Below are positions 56,232 to 64,000 of a DNA stretch of 64,000 nucleotides, piece by piece; within the stretch, counting starts at the first letter, position 1; each line of letters opens with the position of its first letter. The notes beneath the pieces were generated by a model. That model was given only the letters and a program-made list of their open reading frames with translations. It was not told the DNA's origin and did no database searches. Position numbers and translations under genes: made by a program. Source of the stretch: Bugula neritina (taxonomy: Eukaryota; Animalia; Bryozoa). The stretch is from assembly GCA_964035545.1 (NCBI GenBank), contig OZ037771.1, forward strand, positions 4,413,628 through 4,477,627. The letters are read 5' to 3'.

Positions 56232-59200
56232 TCACCATAGATACCAGCCTGTCCTCAGTCGCTTTGGCTCATGGAAGTCAATCATTGCTAACTGGATGTA
56301 GTATTCCGTCTGTGGAACGTGATAAAACACAGCTTTACCTATTAACCAATGAGGTTGGATCTTTTCTATAAATTTGGAATTGTCTTCTTGTTCGTATTTA
56401 ACAACTGGGGTCAGTTTACGAATTGAAACACTTATTTCCTCCGTCTTGCTAACAGCGATACCGATGAATGTGTCATCAGCTTGCATATATCTTGTATAAA
56501 GAGCCGAATTGAATAAGGTCTCAGCGTATTTCGGCAACAGAAAGCAGACAACTCCATGAAACCAGGTAGGATAACTCTGACTTATGTTTAGTTTTCTTGG
56601 AAGGTAATATTTGTTTAAGGCTGTAAAGTTCCCTGGATGCGGTAGTTCAGCTCCTAAGTAATGATAATATAAGAGTTATATGAAACAAAGAGAGAACGAC
56701 TCTTAGTTCATTTGAGGGATCCTCAATTACAATCTCTCAGACCAGAGAGCTAGGTCTTGGTTTGAATTCCACGCTACGTTATAGCCTCAGAGCCATATTT
56801 CCAAAATGGCGAGACACATTCAAATTAGTCAGCCGAAGCCCCTTACAATCAAATGGTTCCCACACACACACACACGGAGGATTTAGACAAGCATGTGTTT
56901 TTACTAACCAATGTACAAAAGTACTTCCGATTTTATCCACTTGCTAATAGCTGGAAACAAAGTGTAGAGCCTCTTAGTTCTTACGAGTGTGTCATCGTCT
57001 ACCTTCATAACCAAAGAAGCATGCCGGCAATACTTTGAGGTCCACCTGTAAAGGAGGGATAATTCCAAGAGTTGACACAGTACTCAAGTCTAAACTCTTT
57101 AATGTGAATTGATGTAACTTTTATTATGTTTAAGCAAGTTTATGTATGCATATAACTTTTCACATCAAAGCTAGAATGCCATCGGTCGCTACACTTCGTA
57201 GGATGTAAATTTTGAGAACAAAATGATGAGTATTTGTTTTAATATATAAATAAACATGTCTTGCTTGTTATATTTAGTAAGAAATAGCATATTACTAAAA
57301 TAAGTTTTGATAAAATTGACTGATTTAAAAACTTTTTTTTAAATCTAAATCTAATCTAAATTTAATATACAATTTATAAAATTATGACTTACATAATATT
57401 TCTAGTACGTTATTATGGTTCTATAAATTCTTTCACATTAGTTGTATAAAAATTACAACTGCTTTATTTTAAATAGTATTTATAAACTTGAATACTTTAA
57501 TAACCTATAACTGAGTGTGAGATGCTTTATATTACATAATTGGAGTTATCCACTCACAGCAAATGAGACATTGCCTTGTATGTGTTGTGGGGTAACGTGT
57601 CGTTAAAATCTGACTGCACCATATCACTGTACATCTCACTTTCATATTCCAAACGCTTCTGGTCGTTTGCATCCTCTGCCATGCCCAGAAAAAAAGTGAT
57701 TTTAACCTTGAGATTGAATATGGAAGACAGGGTCATCTCATTCAGCCACGTATTTCTCATGAGCATTCTTCTTTTACTGTACTCCAGCTTTAAAGTGAGT
57801 ATAATTGTAGGTGAATAGTGTGATCTATATGACAATTATCTGTGAGTTCAATGTTATCCTCATTTACTAGAGAGTAGTTTTGTTCTAGTAGTTAAAGCAC
57901 TGGCTTGTAAGTAAACACAAAGACATGGGTTTGAACCCCATCAGGACCATGATTGGTGACACCAAGGTAAGAAATTCGCAGCATACACTTCTTAGCCTAC
58001 TTAACACAACCAACAGCTGTTCTTCACAAAAATAGAGATTGGGACAATCTTCAACTAAGTGGTGAATGAAAGTCTACTAAGTTTGGTGAAGTATATACCG
58101 AGTGTATAGTGAAGTATGAAGATATGAAAAAAAATCACGCAAGTTTATAGTCACCATCCCTGTAAGAAACCCCTGATGTAAAGGGTTTTTGTTAAATAGG
58201 GCTAAGAACTTATTCAGATGAGGTACAGGAGCAATTATGACTGGATGCTCTTCCTAGCATCACCAATGGCCTTTATCAGGGGCTTGAATCCATGACTTCG
58301 TGCTTACTAGGCAAACGCTCCAACCCCTAGACCACGCTGCTCACAAGTATATAGATACTTCATATATTGAAATAGATACCTTAGTAGAGGTGTGAACTAC
58401 AATGAGGAGCTGGACATCAGGTGAGCACTGAGATGTTTGCAGTACAAACTCATAGTTGTAGGGATTCACAAAATAATATTGAGTCTCAGACGGTTTGGTA
58501 GTTGAAACTCCTCGTAATAGCAATGTAAATGAACTCATTATTGCTAGAACACAGGCTTTCCAATCCATCACTTTATAATTTGCTATCGGCAGCTAAAACA
58601 AATACAGGATAACATTAGTTTATCCCAGTTTAAGCACTAACAAAAACTACATATAGTTAATAATATTCCTTTTCCACATTCCCTTATTACTTTTAGGGCA
58701 ATACAATAAAGTTATACAGATATGCTATGCCTAATTCTTGTATATATTTTTACATGATACTACTATTATATGCTCACATTTTGAAAAATATAAAATAGTA
58801 CACGAATAATTCATGCATCAGCATAAAAAATTGATCTGTGGTGTAATGCTTAGAGTTTAGAGACAGCTTGCAGCTTTGGCTTGAAAGCTGGTAGCATGAC
58901 TGGTCACATAAATATTTGCTGCGTTCACTATACTAAACCATATTCATCGTGAAGCTTGAAAAGTTTAGAAATATAAGGGCATTGCTTTGAAATTGTGTTA
59001 TCACAATCACAAAATGACAACTACGTAAACAATGCCCTTGGTATATCTAAGTCCTAGAGTAAGTAATGATTAAGCCTGCATTTTTATGAGTATATTAAGA
59101 TTAAAATATATTATATTCATGATCCCTTTGAACTTGTCCTAGATAAATTAGTTATAAAAATTGTACAAACAATTGTGACATGTAATTCTATTAAAGTGAT

Positions 59201-59318
59201 TTTTATAGCAACGAAAATTCCTGACTATAACCACATTATGTACATGCTACAAACTATAATATGCCAATAGCTTATTATAGCACGAATAAATTATCATTCG
59301 CTGTATAATATTTACCAT
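56232..59318 (-). CDS. GT31-family beta-1,3-galactosyltransferase-like type II membrane protein, about 334 aa
   Basis: Exons (minus) 59318-59316 (ATG|GT, tentative), 58592-58380, 57787-57558, 57045-56909, 56653-56232; phases consistent. Motifs LLIVVHT, RRMLMRNTW, FFLG, ESEMYSDMVQSDFNDT, W...YC...VMKVDDDT (DxD), YP, DDTFIG. Alternative start ATG at 58568. Confidence 0.85.
58131..58342 (-). mobile_element. tRNA-derived SINE, same family as 23869-24086
   Basis: Colinear over about 210 bp (GCAAGTTTATAGTCAC...GGAGCAATTATGACTGGATGCTCTTCCTA...CCCCTAGACCACG); degraded relatives at about 27316-27400 and 57880-57970. Confidence 0.85.
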
Positions 59319-61405
59319 GCTAGAGTTGAGTCTAAAGTTCTCCCAAGTGTTTACTGGTGATATGACACTTTTAGCTGTTGATCTTGTAGAAGTCAGCTAG
59401 TGCAGTCTCAAAGCTACTAACCATTCAGTTCTGCAATATATTCAAAGAACTGAAGCTTTTCTATTCATTAGGTTTATACTTCACTCTATTTCACTGTACA
59501 GAATCAATTAATCTGTGACAGTTTATTATATTGGTTCTGGCATCTAGTAATGGAAAGGAAAATATTATGTAATCTAGCTTTATATATATATATAATTAGC
59601 GTATTCAATAATAGTAATTCATTATATAGTAAGTATTTAGTTATAAAAGGATTGTGTGCGCTGTGTGCGCTGTGTAATTTTGATACAAAATGAAGGCATT
59701 GCTAACTGAGTCTATATAGAAATATATCACACTTTAGACACTGCAAAACATTATAACAGCAATGTCACTCAAACTATTAGTTGTCTTCTTTTTCCTATAC
59801 TGTCCAAATACCAGTTCTCTGAATATATAAACGAATAATTGTAATGAATCTATAAAATGCTCCATCTATCCCTTTTACACACTGAGGTAATGTAGTTTTA
59901 TTGGCTACTCCTTGCCAATGCCTCTGTTTTGGCTCAAAATTGTCTTTAATCCATTTCTTCATTTCATATTACAATAAAATTACGAGAAATTTGACAAAGG
60001 AAAGGTGTAAAATTTACAAGCATTGTTTTTTAGTAGAATATTGTAAATAAAAAGTTTTTGGGGATAATTTGTGGTTATGAGTGACGCTAACAAGCTTATA
60101 TTTCATGTAGAAGTTGCCTGCCCCTTTACACAGTACAACTACTAGTTCTATATATTATATCTACGATACTACGATTTTCATGACAAAAGTTGCTACTTAT
60201 AATTAATAATTGCTACTACAATTGTGGCTGTAGTTTAGGGTTCAATAACTGATTAAAACACAAAGGCCTTGTACATAATTCTAACAGCTAATTTGGGAAT
60301 ATTGTGTGGTGGCCTGTACTTCATATGTAGAAAGACACTCAAGTTTCTTCAAGTGACAGTCACCATAGCTACTCTTCAGTACTGGGTGGGGCTAGCCTAT
60401 TGCTAACAACATAATTAGATGCTGTTATTGTAAGGAAAAGAGCTACTTCACTGTTTAACCAACTTTGTGTTGGGATAACCTATAATCTTACCACTTATAC
60501 TTGAATTACTCTGTGTGAGAGTCACTGCACTCAACTACTTTCTCATGAACTCGGGGCATTGGCAGCAGATATCAAAATATCTGGCATTTCTCACACCATC
60601 ATCATTACCAGTAGATAACAGTCATGGGGCCATGATGACATCACAGTCTGGTCATGTGACCACAGATGATGTCAACCCTGGCAGCTTTGTTATCTAGGAG
60701 TGTGAGTCAGCGATTGATATTTCAGGAAACCAAGCCAAAACCATTTATTTCACAACGATAGCTTTCACCGAAAGAAAAATTGATGTGATATCAAGTGATA
60801 GCTGTTATAATATACTATTAACTTGTAAGATGTTGATCATTTTCAACTGCCACCGTCTTAAACTTGCTGTTGGCATGTGTTAAAATTATAGTATCTCTTA
60901 GATGAGAATAGGGCGCCTATCTATATGTTCAGTACATGTTTGTGCCAAGCCTACCTATGGTACGGCTAAAACACTCGCTAAGGAATACCAATTAGAAAAC
61001 AGCTTCCACACTAGTTGCCTTTTCAACTTTCTACAACTCTAAGTGAATAAGTGTACCATAGAAATATACTCGTTACACAATATCTGTTTCATAATAATTT
61101 CAAGTTTCTTATTAACCTTAGAAATGAAGCATTGAGTCAGCTATGTTCTTCTTGTTCTCTTTTATATTGAAAGTATTGTTCTTTGTGCTACAAAGGCTTT
61201 GTATTTAATCAATGGACATGAAATTTGATATTATTATTCACAGGGCGTATACATTCTAGCCTACCGGTTGAAATCAGGCCATCATCTTGCATTATTCAAT
61301 TCAAGTAAATGATTGTTTTAAACAATTTTATTGCCTATAAACAACATAGAAACATAAAACTGGAAAAAAATAAATAAAATGACAAAAAATACTGTAAGTG
61401 AGTTT

Positions 61406-61876
61406 TCACTCTTCGTCGCTTTCTTGTAAAGTAGGCATTAAAGGGTGTCGCCTTAGCAGTGCCGGGGAACTGATGTCTAAAGGAGTTAATACTTCCAACC
61501 AAGACGCAACGTCACTTTCGTTTGGGACCAGCAATAACAACGACTGTCCTTCAATGTCCTTATTAGGTATGATTCGTATGGAGTTACCCCCCACCTGCTC
61601 AACGTGTGTGTGCTTCAAGTTAACAAACTTCTGCGCAGAGTTACTAATAGCCTTAGAGCTAAACAGGATGTAGTGATCTAGTCGGTTGTTGTATACTTTA
61701 GCTCGAACTGACATCTTTTTGTTGTTGTTTATTTGAATGAATAGAAGTCCTGATTTCTGTACATGCAGGTCAGCTGAATGTTGAGTACTGACCGTCTTAC
61801 TACTCTGCTCATAGTAATCTTTCATAGTTGGTAGTCTGGGATGACCTTCCGTAGGTACTCTATTCTCTCTATCCAT
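61406..61876 (-). CDS. Small PH-like-domain protein, about 156 aa
   Basis: Complex-sequence ORF from ATG 61876 (acceptor TTTGCAG 12 nt upstream); KSGLL first-strand-like motif, beta-rich core and C-terminal ESDVASWLEVL helix typical of PH folds; acidic tail MPTLQESDEE*. Confidence 0.65.
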   Translation of the reverse strand: MDRENRVPTEGHPRLPTMKDYYEQSSKTVSTQHSADLHVQKSGLLFIQINNNKKMSVRAKVYNNRLDHYILFSSKAISNSAQKFVNLKHTHVEQVGGNSIRIIPNKDIEGQSLLLLVPNESDVASWLEVLTPLDISSPALLRRHPLMPTLQESDEE

Positions 61877-64000
61877 TACGCTGTTTGCCTGCAAAGACAC
61901 ATGACTCTTGTTATCACTATGATACTTAATCAAACAGGGAAGCTACACGCCATATATAGACTCAACTACTCAGTGTAACATGACTGTATCACGAGGTATG
62001 CGGCTGGAATTAATGAGATGACTGTATAATAGCGTGACACGTTTTTTCAGTGCATAGCTGAGATTATAAACTTATCTGGAGTTAATATCCGGAGTCTAAA
62101 CACTAGTCATAATGATTTTTAAGTGGCACTGATCTAAAAGTCGCACCTAATTTATAGGAAGTGCACATTAGTTTATCAAGTTTCAACCACCCCATTTCAG
62201 TATAGTTTTATTATTGCAACTTTATCTAGTTATTGGAAGTGGTTTACAGCTAGATTTAGGTCAGATTGTACTCTTCTATGACTACGGTGTAAGATCTTTT
62301 GTTTTCCTTGCAAATTTGGCAAGAATTTGATTACAGACGCTAGTAGATATACTTTAGCTCTTGTCGACTATTAGAATATAAGTTTGTATATCTATAAGTA
62401 TAAGCTGATTGGACTGGAATATGTGTACTGAATTTCAGACATGCATTTCCTTGTTGTTTTGATTTTCCTTTAATAAATTGTTTACGAACCAAGTTGGTAC
62501 ATTTGAAACTACTAAGGTATGTAAAGCATTCAATTAGTTCAAAGTTGCCAGCTCTTTTAACACTCCTTCATTATTTTGACTTTTAAAATCTCTTACTCTA
62601 CCTTAACTATTGAAATCGTATATAGTTATTATATTAATATTGAGGTTGAGTCGAATATAAAACGACCCAACAACTTACTGCTACTATAGTGAATAATAGT
62701 TATACTTATAAAATTGCGTTATAGGAAGAGCTGTACAGTTATACTAATTAGTAAACTTCTGTAAGGCAAAAACCAAAAAGTATACACCAATATTGTATAC
62801 TGTAGGTATAGTGTATAGTGTATAGTGTACAGGCTTAGAGTCAACTCTTACCTTCATAGCAGCTGCTTATAAAACTCAAAGCTCTTTGTTCTGTGCTTTA
62901 ATTAATCAAGAAACCTCGTGCTCTAAATCACGACCTTTGCAGTGCAAACTTCAATAAAAACTGATGTTAGGCTTAGCTAATGTGTTGTTTTATGCCAACT
63001 CAGTACGTTACATTAGAGCACGAGGGAGAGAAGTGAAAGCGTCATCAAATAGCCTTAGATCTTACAGACAAACTTTGATCTAACGAGATAGTTCGTTTAC
63101 TCCTATTCTATTCGTATAAAAAATACTTCCTCGCTAACGCTTTTATCGTTGTAGCCAATCAAGTTGCGGTATTGAATCACCCACGTTGTTTACACTCTAT
63201 TTGCGCAGTACAGCGGCCTGTCAAACTGTTGCGGAATAATAGGCACGGAAAACTAACATACGTTTACATTATTTAGATGGTTGCCAATGACAACGGCAAT
63301 AATTTGATACTTATTATTGTGCCGGTGAAAGAGTATAGGAAATGATTAACACAAATTACAAAACCAGCTTCTAGAATCTAGCACTATATAATATTTCAAT
63401 TAGGCAAAAGTGTCCTAAGCACTTGTCATTAAAATATGAACTTAGACTACCTTTATTTAATGTGTGCATCAGGTGAAATGTCTTGCATAGTAACTACCTG
63501 CAATGATTCACCAACCATTTTCAATGCAACAAAATAAAACTTGTAAACAGTAAATAGGCTTGCCAACAACAGTCATTTGCTATGTCACACTTATTGTGCT
63601 AACTCTTAACTACTAACAATTATACAAAGTCCAATGTTATATTTACTTGCTACTATACTATATAATACTATATTTTAATATAATATATCATATTATGTTA
63701 TACTACATTATTTTATATTGGCCACTATATTATACAGTAAACTACACTCTATATTTCACATTTTATATATATTATATTGTTTAACTACCTTACAAACTGA
63801 TTAATGACATATTTAGTATATTATGGGCTGCCTAATATTATGAGTTTTATAACACTGCTTCCTGGACAGCAATTCCATAAATTTTTGTAAAACCACTTCC
63901 TTTTGATTATTCAATGACTAATACCTTTATGAATGTACACGATGATGACCGTACAGTGTTGATTCATCAAGCATAATATTTATAAACAAGTTGTTTAATA

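Noticed and set aside
63100-63250. CpG-richer patch with a CCAAT box, possible promoter
   Set aside because: No gene or orientation can be assigned within the window.

Overview
AT-rich, intron-containing invertebrate (metazoan) nuclear DNA. Gene models were built by hand from GT-AG junctions and phase continuity. Left to right: (1) an 8-exon Rieske sterol desaturase of the neverland/DAF-36 family (+, 3080-11834, about 435 aa); (2) a tandem array of three 8-exon paralogues (+, 17450-22828, 29991-40999, 49321-55009), each encoding signal peptide - Ly6/uPAR(three-finger)-like domain - second Ly6/uPAR-like domain - GPI signal, with a 393-602-codon (PTTTTT)n mucin exon sitting inside the first Cys-rich domain; (3) a young, internally deleted BEL/Pao LTR retrotransposon in intron 5 of paralogue 2 (35036-40133; 679-bp LTRs with no difference I could see, CATGC target duplication, one in-frame Gag-protease ORF lacking RT/RNase H/integrase core); (4) a convergent GT31 beta-1,3-glycosyltransferase gene (-, 56232-59318); (5) a small PH-like-domain gene (-, 61406-61876). 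Spacers hold tRNA-derived SINEs, MITEs, an old repeat family in both orientations, a diverged LTR relic, perfect palindromes and long microsatellites. The best candidate for an undescribed system is the GPI-anchored split three-finger/mucin array next to a glycosyltransferase. No database searches or alignments were run; family calls rest on motif recognition and sequence comparisons are by eye.
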